From NCBI RefSeq assembly GCF_006345805.1, contig NW_021836136.1, forward strand, positions 28,078 through 92,077: a stretch of 64,000 bases of DNA, read 5' to 3'. This document shows, piece by piece, positions 49,206 through 63,016 of the stretch. Made by a program: the position numbers and the translations under genes. The notes beneath the pieces were generated by a model. It did not search any database. It saw nothing but the letters and a program-made list of their open reading frames with translations, and was not told the origin of the DNA. The DNA comes from Octopus sinensis (lineage: Eukaryota). The stretch's first letter is position 1, and each line of letters starts with the position of its first letter.

Positions 49206-49575
49206 ACATTATAAGTGAGGCAATATTTGCTTCTGTTGAGTGTATTTTAATAAATTTTAAGAAATACATTTAAAAAAAATTTTACCAATTGGAGTATAAT
49301 GAATCACAGTGGGAATATAGCAAAGAGTATTGAGGCAAGATAACTTGAGTTAATGACATTCTGTCTAACTATAATTTCAATGCTTAACATTTTCAACAAA
49401 CATGCTGAAGATAGGTCAGGAAACAGAAAATGTTCAGGAAAATATGTTGTAAATATCCTTAAGCAATTTCAACCATGTTTGTGCTTGCAAAAGCAGTTTT
49501 ATTTTATCATTTAATGAGTATTTCTCTAAGAATTAAAAAAAAGAAAAGAGAGAGAGAAAATGAAACCCAGCAATA

Positions 49576-49821
49576 ACTCTTTTACTCTTTTTTTTTTTTA
49601 CTCTTTTACTTGTTTCAGTCATTTGACTGCGGCCATAGTGGAGCACTGCCTTTTAGTCGAGCAAATCAACCTCAGGACTTATTTTTTGTAAGCCTAGTAC
49701 TTATTCTATCAGTCTCTTATGCTGAACTGCTAAGTTACGGGGGACGTAAACACACCAGCGTCAGGGATGTTGGGGGGGGAGACAAACACAGACACACAAA
49801 CATACACACACACACACACAC

Positions 49822-49879
<58 letters not shown>

Positions 49880-50046
49880 TTCAATGGGCTTCTTTCAGTT
49901 TCTGCCTACCAAATCCACTCACAAGGCTTTGGTCGGCCCAAGGCTATATAGTAGAAAACACTTGCCCAAGGTGCCACGCAGTGGGACTGAACCTGGAACC
50001 ATGTGGTTGGTAAGCAAGCTACTTACCACACAGCCACTCCTGCACC
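49576..50046 (-). mobile_element. Family A SINE, full length, with an expanded internal (CA)n(TA)n
   Basis: Reverse-complement match from the actcttttact tail to the ccactcctgcacc head. Confidence 0.93.
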
Positions 50047-50682
50047 TATAACTATACACATTTCTTAAGATAAAATTATGTCACAAGTATAGTTAAAAGG
50101 ATAAAACAAAATTTTAAAATATAATTTAAGAAAGGCGGTGTTAGTATAGTCGTATTCACTTTATAATCCCAAGTTAAGGGCTGTAGATTTACCCAAACCT
50201 TGTTAATAGAATTTGTTAGAGAGGAAACTACTCATAAGAAGGTCAACTCATCAAGTCTTTTGGTCACTTTTCATGTTTGCATGTGTTAGAGAGGTCATCA
50301 AGGTCAAGTCAATATTTAGAAATACTGTCATCCTAAAGGAATTAGCAGATTATGTCTCCTTCATACATTCCAAATTTTTGCATGGTTTCTTTGTCAGGAT
50401 GCTCTTCTAAATGCAAAACATTTTACAAAATGTGCTTGATGCATGTTATTTTAGCACCAACACCTGAAAAGATGTTATGCTTGAAGAAGAGACTAAGGGC
50501 TCTTCTTGATCTGATATTTTCTCTACTCATTTGCCAACAACTCTTCAAATTACACTAGGTGCATGTTACCGTGGTACCATCATTAGTGAGGTTTTCATGT
50601 GCCCCAAAAACTAGAGAGCCTTCACTATTCTACAATGTCGCCTGTCTTTCAAATCAACATGTGCAAATGGGTGAATACAAGG

Positions 50683-50783
50683 AGGAAGGGAGAGAGAGAG
50701 AAAGAGAGGGAGAGGGAGAAAGAGGGAGAGAGAGAAAGAGAGGGAGAGGGAGAAAGAGGGAGAGAGAGAAAGAGGGAGAGAGA
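50683..50783. repeat. Pure polypurine (GA/GGGA) tract of about 100 bp
   Basis: Direct reading of the sequence. Confidence 0.9.
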
Positions 50784-50789
50784 ATAATG

Positions 50790-51200
50790 AATCAGGGGGA
50801 ATGGGTAAGGGGAGCAAGAGTATGATGTGAGAGACAGAATGATTGAGTAAGAGGTGATAGAAAAGGAAGTAATGGTATAGTGACAGTCCTGGAGGAAAAA
50901 TATAGACAAGAGAGCTTTGGCAGGAAGGTATGAACGGGTTGAATACATGATGGGAAAGAGGTAGAGTGATAAGGCATGCAAGGATTTGGACAGGTCCAAT
51001 TCTACCCTTCATTGCAAAGACATAGTATAATGAGCAAGAGAGAGGGAAATATGAGAGATGAGGAGACGAATGGTAGATGAAGCAACAGATAGAAGTTTAA
51101 TGGAAATGTTAAGTAAGATACCCAAACACGTACCCACACCCAGCTCCAAACTTACTTCACTCCCACCATTCCAATGGTCATTTCTCCAAGCTTGAATGAG
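50790..51200 (-). mobile_element. Probable CR1/L2-like LINE 3' end
   Basis: The minus strand reads HVFNPFIPSCQSSLVYIFPP, resembling the NSF.P....WN.LP..VFP C-terminal motif. Confidence 0.4.
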
Positions 51201-53552
51201 TGGACAAGTCAACCATATATTGCCTGTCATTGTGACCCTTAGTAATTTCATTCATGAGGCTCAGTTTGTACACTGTAATACACATACACGTGCCTGTGTG
51301 TGTGTGCATGCATGCGTGTTTATTTGTGTTTATAACTTAAAAATTAATGTTTACTTATGTAGTGTCCCGTCCCTTTCAGTAAATTAGTGGTTTAGCAAAT
51401 AAGAAATAGGTAACATAAGCACCAGACAGAAGCAAGTACTGGACGTGGGTTGATCAAGTTAAACAACTGAAGATGTTGTCCCATCACAACTATAGTCCAA
51501 TGACTAAATCAAGTGAAAGACTAACAAAGAAAATAGAAGATAAATAGATCTTAAGCTGTCATAGCAAAACCCTTTGATATATTTTATGACTTTGTGAATT
51601 AATCCTAAAGACAAACTCTCAATGTGAAGGAGGTAACTAATTTAGAAGTAGGAAACATAATCGGATCAAAGATCAAAGTGACAAGACATTTATTAAACAT
51701 TGATGGATGCAACATAACAAAATAGTAAATAATAATAATAATAATAATAATAATAAGCTCTTTAGTGATCACAAGGGACCAAAGATGTAGAGGGACAGTT
51801 CAAGGACATAAAATACAAAAGAATAAGAGGTTTGCTTAAGTAAAAAGGAAGACAACAACAGCTAACATTACAATATCAATAGGTAAAGGTTCCCTGAAGT
51901 ACAAGATAACAAGAATCACCTAGGGCCACTCAAGGGTACCACAGATTCCGGATTGCACAACTACCAAGGTTAAGTACCCAATCCTAACAGTATTCCCTAG
52001 TCTTGAGGCACATACTAAAAGCAGGCCTACTCATTTCAGTCAATGTCCATTCAGTAAGGAAAAGACCCATTCACTCAAGCTAAAATTAATTCACTTAGCC
52101 CAGGCCTATTTGCAGGAGAATTAAATCCATGATGGTAATATTTCAGCACAGCAACTGCCCAGTAGTTTGAACTAGTAAAAGAGTAAGAAGAATGATGATG
52201 TTATATAAAGCTATAATTCCTTAGTTTATAGGTGAGAGCATATATTTCAATTCTAATGTTTTCTGCAAAGGCAATAAGTACTGAATAAAATAATTTCCAA
52301 ACATTGATGGGCCTTATGTGTAAACTTGGTTCACTCGGAATTTATTATTTTTCTTAAAACACTAGTCTGACTGACAAAGTGATTGCATTATAAATGATGA
52401 TGAGAGATGATGACAGCAAAAGTTATCATTTGACAACTGTATGTGTAAGGATTTTAGCAAAAATTAGAACTGTATATTTAAAACTAATTATAAAAAAGAA
52501 AGGACTAAAAATGGGAGAAATGAATAGAAAAATATATAGTAGCATAATGAAGAAATACTGACTAATAAAACTTATGAAGAGATGAAGAAATTAAAAAGCT
52601 GATAGAAAAGAGAGAAAGCTGAAGAGTTGAGAAAAAAAGAGATGATATAAAACAAAATGAGAGAGAAGACAGAAAGAAAATAACAAGACAGTGATAAAGG
52701 GAAAGTAAGAAAAAAGAAAGGATTATTTCAAAAATATATTGTAAAAGAGAGAAAGAGAGGAATAAACCAGGAGGTAAAAGATCAATATGGAAAACACAGA
52801 AACAAAAGGAAATGAAAGGACAGAGTGTGGAGTGTGGAAAAAATACGTTTAGTTTACACAAGTCAAATGAAATACTCAATTGAAAAAGTTGTTCTATGTC
52901 AGCATGAAATTTAGATGTTTGTTATCAAAAGAGTTCAGTTGTATAAGCTGACAAGATTGTTGTTTGGTGCCGCATTGAAATCCCTTTCATCTTTGATCTC
53001 TTAAACCAACAACATAAAGTAAGCAACACCACTGGATTGCAATACAACATCAAAGCAGCGACTGACTGCATGTATGTATTTTCTAATTTGTAGCCCTCTT
53101 AGAAAAACAATGAAATCGAACAAAAAAAAAAAAGTTTACACTAATACCACTGAAGTTGGCCGAAGTGGTATAGACGTTTAACTCTATATTTAAGTAAGTT
53201 ACTTTGTTTTACAGGGATCAAGCCCTGATGGGTTAAATATAATCCTTTATTGTTATGGAGGTAATATATATATATATATATATATACATGATTACACACA
53301 CGCTAACAAACATACAGAAAAACAGACACAAATAAATGTGGACAAAAATATGTAGAACTGACCCCAGTACATATTCTATGAGTCTCTTTTTACTAAAATG
53401 CTAAGGTACATAATGTAAACAAACATCAACTGTCAGGTAAACAGAGACAAACCCAACACAAACAGAGGCACACCACTGATTTTCCAGCAGTTCACTATCC
53501 GGCACCTTCTTTAATCTGGATAAATTACAAGAGGAAGCAATCACAAATAGTG

Positions 53553-53964
53553 CTTTACTCTTTTACTTGTTTCAGTCAATTGACTGCGGCCATGCTGGAG
53601 CACCGCCTTTAGTCGAGCAAATCGACCCCGGGACTTATTCTTTTGTAAGCCCAGTACTTATTCTATCGGTCTCTTTTGCCAAACCGCTAAGTGATAGGGA
53701 CGTAAATACACCAGCATCGGTTGTCAAGCAATGCTAGGGGTACAAACACAGACACACAAACATACATGCACACACACACATATATATATATATATACATA
53801 TATACGACGGGCTTCTTTCAGTTTCCGTCTACCAAATCCACTCACAAGGCTTTGGTCGGCCCAAGGCTATAGTAGAAGACACTTGCCCAAGGTGCCGCGC
53901 AGTGGGACTGAACCCGGAACCATGTGGTTGGTAAACAAGCTACTTACCACACAGCCACGCCTGC
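53553..53964 (-). mobile_element. Family A SINE, full length and young
   Basis: Near identical to the other copies, with CpGs largely retained. Confidence 0.94.
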
Positions 53965-54528
53965 TGTGTATATCATATTTTTATATGCATTATTTCCACC
54001 ATTAGCAAAATTTTGAGAGAGATTCTGCTAATTTAGCTTAAAGTTACCCTTAACTATGGCTACTATAGATAAAAGAAATGACAGCATCAGTGGTAGAGTC
54101 AAATATGCACAACTACCTGTATTTCATCTATCAAATTCATATTCAATACCCCGTATTTATTTAATTTCAGTTTCTACCAATTCGTGATACCTAAGCCACA
54201 TGGGAAGTGTATAATTAGTAAGTTAGGTGTGTGTTGAATCATTATTACACGGCAATAGATCTTCCAGCAAATTGCTTAATCTGCCAAGGCTGTAGAATCA
54301 AGGATGCTATAAAATCATTTGTGTACCTACATGTACAATGCTTTTCCACATACTCTCTATCTACCAAAATTACTCACAAAACAGAGTTTAGCTCAGGTTG
54401 TAAAAGAATGCTCTTATCCAAAGTGTCATACTACACTAGAACAAAACCAGTAATGATGTGAGGTGAATTTCTAAACAATGTAGATATGTGTAAAAACACA
54501 TACACACGTACATATATATATATGCATA

Positions 54529-54621
54529 CCCTCCTTCTTCCATTTTCCTGAACGCCTAATAATAATAATACTGTAATTGTTCCACGTGTTGTTGTTTTTT
54601 CTGTTTTCCCTGTTTGGATTA

Positions 54622-54626
<5 letters not shown>
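54529..54626 (+). repeat. 3' fragment of the TA-embedded repeat seen at 40392-40602
   Basis: 'cctccttc...ttcctga.cg.c.aataa...ttgttccac...ttgtttggattaac(c/t)ttatata' is shared, and a long (TA)n follows. Confidence 0.7.

Positions 54627-54681
<55 letters not shown>
54627..54681. repeat. (TA)n microsatellite
   Basis: Direct reading of the sequence. Confidence 0.95.
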
Positions 54682-54685
<4 letters not shown>

Positions 54686-54695
54686 TGTGTGTGTA

Positions 54696-55076
54696 TCATC
54701 ATCATCATCATCATCATCGTTTAACGTCCGTTCTCCATGCTAGCATGGGTTGGACGGTTCGACCGGGGATCTGGGAAGCCAGAAGGCTGCACCAGGCTCC
54801 AGTCTTATCTGGCAGTGTTTCTACACCTGGATGCCCTACCTAACGCCAACCACTCCGTGAGTGTAGTGGGTGCTTTTTACGTGCCACCTGCACAGGTGCC
54901 AGGCGAGGCTGGCAACGGCCACGGTCGGATTGGTGTATGTTATGTGCCACCGGCACGGAAGCCAGACGAGGCGGTGCTGGCATCGGCCACGTTCGGATGG
55001 TGCTTTTTACGTACCACCAGACCAGGGATCCTGGCTGGTTCAATTCGATTTCGATTTCGCTTGCCCCAACATGTCT
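54696..55076 (-). mobile_element. Young RTE 3'-UTR copy with a (GAT)n tail and internal ~65-bp tandem units
   Basis: (CAT)n followed by cgtttaacgtccgttctccatgctagcatgggttggacgg...; CpG-rich and homologous to 493-760. Confidence 0.85.
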
Positions 55077-55344
55077 TCGCAAGCATATATATATGTATAT
55101 ATATACATACACACACGCATGCATACATGCATATGTATTACATACACACATATATAAACACACACACACACACACATATATATTCATATAACTATGTGTG
55201 TAGTGAAGCACTAAATAAAATCTTACAGACACTAGTTAATTATAGATAACCTTAAACATCAGCATACAAAGCAATACAACAATATAAAAACAAATTCACC
55301 CACAGTGACATTCATTAAAAACACACAGATCATACATATTCCTT

Positions 55345-55548
55345 TCTACTCTAGGCACAAGGCCTGAAATTTAGTGGGAGGAGTCGATTAAATCAACCTA
55401 GTATGCAGCTGGTACTTAATTTATCGACCCCGAAAGGATGAAAGGCAACGTCAACCTCAGTGGAATTTGAACTCAGAATGTAAAGACATGAAATACTGCT
55501 AAGCATTTTTCCTGGTGTGCTAATGTTTCTGCCAGCTCACCACCTTTG
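55345..55548 (-). mobile_element. Family B SINE-type repeat
   Basis: 'gagtcgattaaatcaacc..gtacttaatttatcgaccccgaaaggatgaaaggcaacgtcaacctcagtggaatttgaactc'. Confidence 0.7.
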
Positions 55549-55949
55549 CAGACCATACATATTGTAAAAACCAGATTCATTCTGGTTATAAAATATATCA
55601 ATAGATCATTAAAAAATCTCGTAAGACAAAACAGCCTGTACACCCCACTAACAAGCAGCTTATAGTTAGAATATTATAGCAATAATACCAGAATGAAAAA
55701 TATCATTATTAACATAGAACCACAAACTAATAAATCATAGACTGCTCTTCAGAGAAACCAATGTAATATATAAATCATCAGCTTCTTAGTCTAGAATTAG
55801 TTGCACATAATGTTGGACTGCTTGTTAATCTTAGTAAAACCAAGTTCATTGCTCACAATCAACAAAGATCCATCACTGACATCAGCAGAGATCCAATCAA
55901 TCAAGTTCTGGGATAGCCATAACTGAAAAGCATGTAAAAATTCAGACAG

Positions 55950-56440
55950 CTAAAGTATGGTTTGGCCCTAAACAAACTGGATATTGTTTAGAAATCAACC
56001 CTGTCAGATACTTTTAAGAGGAATCTTTTATGCAACAGTATAGTCAGTCCTGTTATATAGAGCAACAGCATGGATGTTATTAAAATACTGGAATCCAAGA
56101 TATATGGAGCTTACACCCTAATGTTAAGAGCAGCTTGGAGAACACATCCCACCAAGAAACAGCTGTATGGAAACCTCTTGTCTGTTTCCACCATCATAAG
56201 GGAAAGGCACTTGTGCTTTGTGGGACATTGCTGGCAGGCTAAACAAGAGCTAGAAAGTGAGCTGCTGCTATGGATACCAAAACATGGGTGTACTTGAGCA
56301 GGTTGTCTGAACACAACATTTGTAGATCAGCTCACCAGAGACTGAATGTCTCCCTGAACACCTCCCATAACTAATGCAGAACCAAAATAGATGATATGTG
56401 CAGGTTAAAATGTTCAAACAAGCTCGACCAGATGATGCTA
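55950..56440 (+). mobile_element. RTE-superfamily LINE C-terminal fragment (second family)
   Basis: LESKIYGAYTLMLRAAWRTHPTKKQLYGNLLSVSTIIRERHLCFVGHCWQAKQELESELLLWIPKHG. Confidence 0.8.
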
Positions 56441-59400
56441 TATATATATATATATATATATGTGTGTACATTCAGGTGAAGTTTATTAGCACAATGTCCC
56501 TATAAGGACTAACAATAATCAGCCATATTATATATGTATATACTTTGATATCCCATTAACTCAAATAATGCCATATAAATTTGCACACCTGTAGAAATAT
56601 ACCTTTTACCATATATTTTCCCTCACATTTACGATATGCTGATTTTAATCTGCAGGTTAATATAAGGGCCATAAAATCTTTTTTCAGTTATTCTTTATAA
56701 ACAGAAGGAACTTAATGCAAAAGCATCTAATGCTGGTTCTTTTGTCTTAGGCCTTCATAAATTGCTCAATGATCCCAAGTTTTATGCACAATGGTGGAAG
56801 TAATATGTCATTTGTATACATCAAATAGATCAAGTGTGTTGCTATTAGTTTTTCTACTGCAACATTGAAAGCATATCAGTCCATTCTAGCACACAGTTTA
56901 AATTTATCTCAACTTTCCAACTAATAACAGTAACAAGGTAAATCAGTGTAATCTCTGCTTCAACAAATCTCCATAAATTATCTAGTAATGTTCGTCATAT
57001 GTGATCTATGTTAATATTGATTTCATTGGACCATAACTTTTCATTATATCAGTTTAATAAGCAGTAGGAACTGAAGCAGATTATATCCATTGCATATTAA
57101 AAATTCGCCGGTGTATATAACCTTAATGGTCTTTGAACTGTCAGAAACAAAAAAAAAAAAAAACAAACTCCATTTATTTGATAACAGATCATAAAAAGAG
57201 TCATGATTTGCTTTTAAAAACTCTAACAAATATTTTTACTATTTCTGTAAACACAAAACTCTTTCTAGCTAAGATGTCATTAACTTGGAAGAATTTATTG
57301 AAAAACTGATATCTATTACAAAATTACTCAGTTCAGTCTGAATAAATAAATTTCATTTAAGGTGTAGGTGACACATAAAACGCACCATTTGGGCGTGGCC
57401 ATTGCCAGTTCCACCAAACTGGCCCTTTGCGAGCCAAATATCAATTTTTCTATAGTTATTATTTCAACCTCATGTCACATAACATTTTAATGGGTTCATT
57501 TCAATCATCTTCAGATAACTTATTCATACAATCATAGAATCTATATTTAAGGTAGAGATAGACAGAGCCTCAACTTATGCAATTATTATGCAACAAGCTA
57601 GAGATTCTCCTTGCAGTTACTCAACCTGCAAGAAATAACAGCTAAACATCCTGAAATTATCTCCATTTTGATTTAAAAGAGGAATAAGACATTAGATGAT
57701 GTAGTTGCCAATGTATTACAGTTGGAAAAAATATACCAAACAACCAAACCTAGTCATGATATTTAAGTAAATTAAATTAGTAAATTACTTAGAATGTGTC
57801 TGAATTCATAGACTAATATTGAATATATGTAAGAAGAGGTCATATGAATATAATCCTAGAAAGAACATCATCATCATCGTTTAGCATCTGTTTTCTGTGC
57901 TAGCACGGGTTAAGATCACAATAAAAGTCACAAAACTGAAATCATGTATTTTTGAGATGGCCAAAAGAAGCAGTTTCAGCAAAGAAAGAACAAGTAAAAT
58001 ATTTAGGACAGAGGGTGTGGTTGGAATATAACTAGATAGGTTTACAAGGATTGAATAAAATAAACATTATTCATACTTTCCTACAGACGGAAGTTAGAGA
58101 AAGATTCTTGAATTCACTAATTTCAGAGGAGACATGCCCTAAATTAAAACAACAAACATAAAACCGATTGACATCAGTTGCTTGATGAGGTTGACACCTC
58201 TCACTTGTAAGTTTAATTTCATCATCTTCTTCCCCGCCACCTCAAAATTTTTTTATTTTTCACAAAAACTTGTGTTTACATTTGCTATGTATTTCTGAGA
58301 ATCTTGTAAGATCAAACTAAAATATGAAAAAGACAATGCTACTTTTTGCTGTTGTTAAACAAGCATATATTCATGAACAATAACTCACTGGGAACTCTAA
58401 GCCTCAGTCCATGTGTTTGCTTTTTTTTTTTTTTTTGTTTTGCTTTTTTTTTTTAGAAAGAGCATTCTGCTTCTGTATTCTATTAGCTGATACAATTTTG
58501 ACTGCATACTATAGATTTTCCTAAATGTGGATGGTTGAATACAAAATATTCTTTTATAACACGAGCCTCTTGAAATAAAACAAGGATCACATTTATCCAT
58601 GTATTTTAGACTGCAACAGTACCATAGCGCTGATATTCTGTAACTTGTATACGTTCTTAAAAGTTCTGTTATCATTCACCTCCTGCCATATAAGTACTTG
58701 ATGATGTGTTATCTTTTAAGTTTCAGTTTCAACAGCTAGTTTGGGGGAGATTCAAGACAAATAATAAGTGAGACAGTTATCAAAAATATCTAAAGGCACC
58801 TCATGAGGTTTGAAGCTTAAGAGTTAAAGTGTTCTCTTTTAATTTTTCTTCTTCGTTATACAACTTGTCTGCAATTTTATGTAGTTCTATATGCTTTTTA
58901 TAAAACTCTGCTACAGATGTTAGAGATTTTTTTATGACTGCATGATCTTACGCAGGATAACATTTGATATTTTAATACATTCCTTGTGAGCTTACAATTC
59001 TTACCGAATAGGAATTTTTTTTCCTTGATAAACCTTGTCTTGTATTTTTGGCTTAAAAGTCATTGTTCAGGCATCTGCCAATATCTGTTTTCAAGCTAAC
59101 TGTTGTAAAGTCATTATCATCTGCTGATGTTATTTGGGTAAATAGAATAGTGTCATCAGCATAATGACACAACTCAATTTCAAAAGTTAAAAATCATTAA
59201 CAGAAAAGGTGAACAAATTAAGTGTTAAACCTTAAGTGACTAGAAGTACATTGAATATATTTTGAAGCACACTTTATATAAGGAAATGGATATTAAATTG
59301 GTTCATAGAGCATGAATTGATGCTGTCATTTTAAACTATATTATTGTATGACTATCTCACAAGGAGAGATAATAGTAATCACATACACAGCAATATACAT

Positions 59401-59706
59401 TAAACTAAAGGTAGTTGATTAAAATGAAATGAATAGATGTGATAGTCGCTAATTCATGCTATCTCAAAATCTTAAAATGCAAAGGAAATTGCAAATGACT
59501 ATAATTTTGAGGAATGCGATAAAATGAAAAGTGACTGAAAACTCTATGTTAGTAGCATGGTAGCAAAACATATGCAGTATCTTAAATAAAGATTTAAAAA
59601 CTTATGATATCATTTCGGAAGAACTATAAAATTTGAAATATCTAAGAGCAAGTGTTTTTCCATAAACCATAATGCATGTTAATATTTTAATTAAAAAAAT
59701 AACATA

Positions 59707-60123
59707 GGCACAGGAGTGGCTGTGTGGTAAGTAGCTTGCTAACCAAGCACATGGTTCCGGGTTCAGTCCCACTGCGTGGCATCTTGGGCAAGTGTTTTCT
59801 GCTATAGCCCCGGGCCGACCAATGCCTTGTGGGTGGATTTGGTAGACAGAAACTGAAAGAAGCCTGTCGTATATATGTATATATATATATATATAAGTGT
59901 GTGTGTATATGTTTGTGTGTCTGTGTTTGTCCCCCTAGCATTGCTTGACAACCGATGCTGGTGTGTTTACGTCCCCGTCATTTAGAGGTTCGGCAAAAGA
60001 GACCGATAGAATAAGTACTGGGCTTACAAAGAATAAGTCGCGGGGTCGATTTTCTCGACTAAAGGCGGTGCTCCAGCATGGCCGCATTGACTGAAACAAG
60101 TAAAAGAGTAAAAAGAGTAAGAG
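59707..60123 (+). mobile_element. Family A SINE, full length
   Basis: Runs from the ggcacaggagtggctgtgtgg head to the gtaaaagagtaaaaagagtaagag tail. Confidence 0.94.
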
Positions 60124-62911
60124 ATACAATCTAATCAATTTACAATGGAGATAAATTCTATCTTTTATCCACCTAACTTTAACTGAGTTTTCCTTGTATT
60201 TAGGCAAACTGTAAATTAGTTGCCAGTTCCATTTTATGTTAAAGTAATTGGTTCCAGGAAAGGTAGACAGTTATAAAAACATCTGCCTCAAGAACAAAAA
60301 TGCTTAAATTTGTGCACAACAAATGAAATACCCATACAGAAAAGCAGACATGAACATCGTTTAAGCTTCACTTATATGTCATAAAAGGATATTTTCAATA
60401 GTTTTAGCATCTATAAGAATATTAAAAATCTATATATCATGTTTATCATATGCTAATAAACTAGACTGCTGCAGAGAAAGGGAAAATACATAGAAAGGAA
60501 AGAAAGAGGGAGAGGAAAGAAAGAAAATGAGTAATCTCTTAAATAAAGAACAGTGATTGAAATGACCAAAATGTGTCCATTAATCACAGGTTACTTACAT
60601 CTCCTGTCACTAAAGATTCACATTCAATAACGCAAAGACACACACACACACACAAGCATACCCCTTCCAACATGCACACATAAAATGTGTGAAAGTTAAA
60701 GGGCTAATATATTGTCAGAGAATGGTAATTGATGTGTCTTGAAAGAGTGGGCAACAGCTGGAATATTATTTAAAGACTAAGATAATTATGTAAAATCTAT
60801 GGAGAGTTGCTTTGAACATCAATTGATGATGCAATCAAGCATTTGGAAATTTTGTGCAATATTTGGAAATTATGAGATAGAATGAAACATTTGGAAATTA
60901 TAAGATAGAATGAAATATTCAGAAATCTTGGTAATTCTATAAATGTAATTGTTTCAAATATTTACTTAATAATGATGAATTTTAAATCCTATTGAATTCA
61001 AATTAATCACGACTGCAATGATATATTCCAAGATTATTTGTTATAAGTATCCTAACATTGACACAATCAGAAATATTGCCAATTATATCTACTGCCATGA
61101 TAAACACCCAGTGAAGGAAATTTTATGCGACTAACCAGCATGCTAGAAATAGCAGCCAAATCTGTTTCAAATCACACCCACCATCTTAAAAATTAGAAAG
61201 ACAAGTTAAATAAACATAAGATGGTGACAGCTGGAATGCCTTTGACCATAGGTTTACTTGGTCAGAGAAGGCTTGCATTCAGACAGCTATGACTGCTGGA
61301 ATATCACTGACCATTTTACCATCAATCTCATCTTTTCCTCACAGAGCAGCTGTTATAAGTCAAATTCAAGCAAAATGTCATCCAACTGATTGGCATATTT
61401 TCATTCACCAACAATTTACAGTCACCAGACATCTCTACTTCCCCATTTTCTTTATTCTACCACTCACCCCTTTAAGCTCACAATTTGTGTACATGCATCC
61501 CAGTCAACCTTATTTACTTGGATTGACTTTTCTGTACAAATTGCCCTACAAACTCTTCCAAGAGCTACAACTTACTGATAATATTTGCCTACCTGTGCTT
61601 TTCTTGAAATCCTCATTTGTAAATGTTTCTATTGAACATTAACTGAGTCGACAGGAATAAAAGTAGTCCTAGTCTCTTAAGACTGTCCTTATTCCTTAGA
61701 TTCATCAACACAATATGCCTTATCATTTAAATCACTCACAAATACATACATTTAGTGCAGTCTTTATGAATATTATTATCTCAATTGTTACTACCGTACC
61801 TCCACTATAGACACAATGATCTACTCATTAATACAATTATATGTTCCTACTCTGCTATTTTATGCATTGTGTTAAAGAAAGTAACACAAAAACAACAACA
61901 AAAATAAATGATAGCTATGGTAGTGGTGGTGGTGGTGGAGATGGCAATGGTGGTGTTGGTATTGAGAACATTGAATGCAGAGAGTAGTAGAATATATATT
62001 TAGAGAAAGAGATTATAATGGTAAATGATGGTGAGGGTGCTTTATACTGAAACTGCATGTAGAGAGAAAAGAGAGAGAGAGAGAGAGAGAAGGAAAGATA
62101 GCATTGAGTCATAATAGGAAAAGAAGTTTCTGTGTGTGTGTGAGAGAGAAAGAGAGAGGAAGGGAAAGACTGAGGATTCAAAAAGTAAGACAGAGAATTC
62201 TAAAGTGTGAGAGGGTAAAGCAAGAATGGAAGTTGAAGTAAATATGCAACAGGCAGTGCAGAAAGTGATATGGAGATGGGGGAGAAGTAAAAAAAAATAG
62301 GAAAATGTAGCAAAGTTTCCGATATCACTGTGTCTTTAGTTATAAAATTCTCTAACTGAATTTGTTCAAAATATTTTTGAAGTACTATATAAAATAACAG
62401 TATGATTAGTTTGAAAGTATTAATTCACTACACAAATGCAATGCAATGATTACCAAAATCTGTCTACGTAATGTATGTACACTTTATATATGTTGGTATG
62501 TGTGTATGCGTTTCGATACATCTGTATGCACATACATACACGTAAGTATATATTTCATGGGTTTCCATAAACTTTCAACATAACCATGGAATTTCCATGG
62601 GTACTCTGGCAACTATTATTACAAGTTTTGTTTCAATGATTATCAGCATAGTCATCAAAACAGCTATTAGTAGTACAAATGCTGTTATGTCACTATTATT
62701 ATATGCATGTACAAACATACACATGTGTACACACATGCAGACATATATATACACACACAATAAAAATTGAGTGCTTACTAATAATAAAACATGCATAATG
62801 AATAGTAAAGATGTGGTGGCAGTATATTAAAAATAAAACAAGAAGGAATATACAAAAGATAATAAAATATTGCACTTCAGGAAGTATTTTTCATTATAAA
62901 TATAGTTTCAT

Positions 62912-62979
62912 GATAATAATAATAATAATATAATAATAATAATAATAATAATAACAATAATAACAATAATAATAATAAC

Positions 62980-63014
<35 letters not shown>
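62912..63014. repeat. Long (AAT)n microsatellite with AAC variants
   Basis: Direct reading of the sequence. Confidence 0.95.

Positions 63015-63016
<2 letters not shown>

Noticed and set aside
53215-53260. Plus-strand exon-like segment (GSSPDGLNIILYCYG) with plausible AG/GT
   Set aside because: No homology or compositional support, and comparable to chance site pairs.
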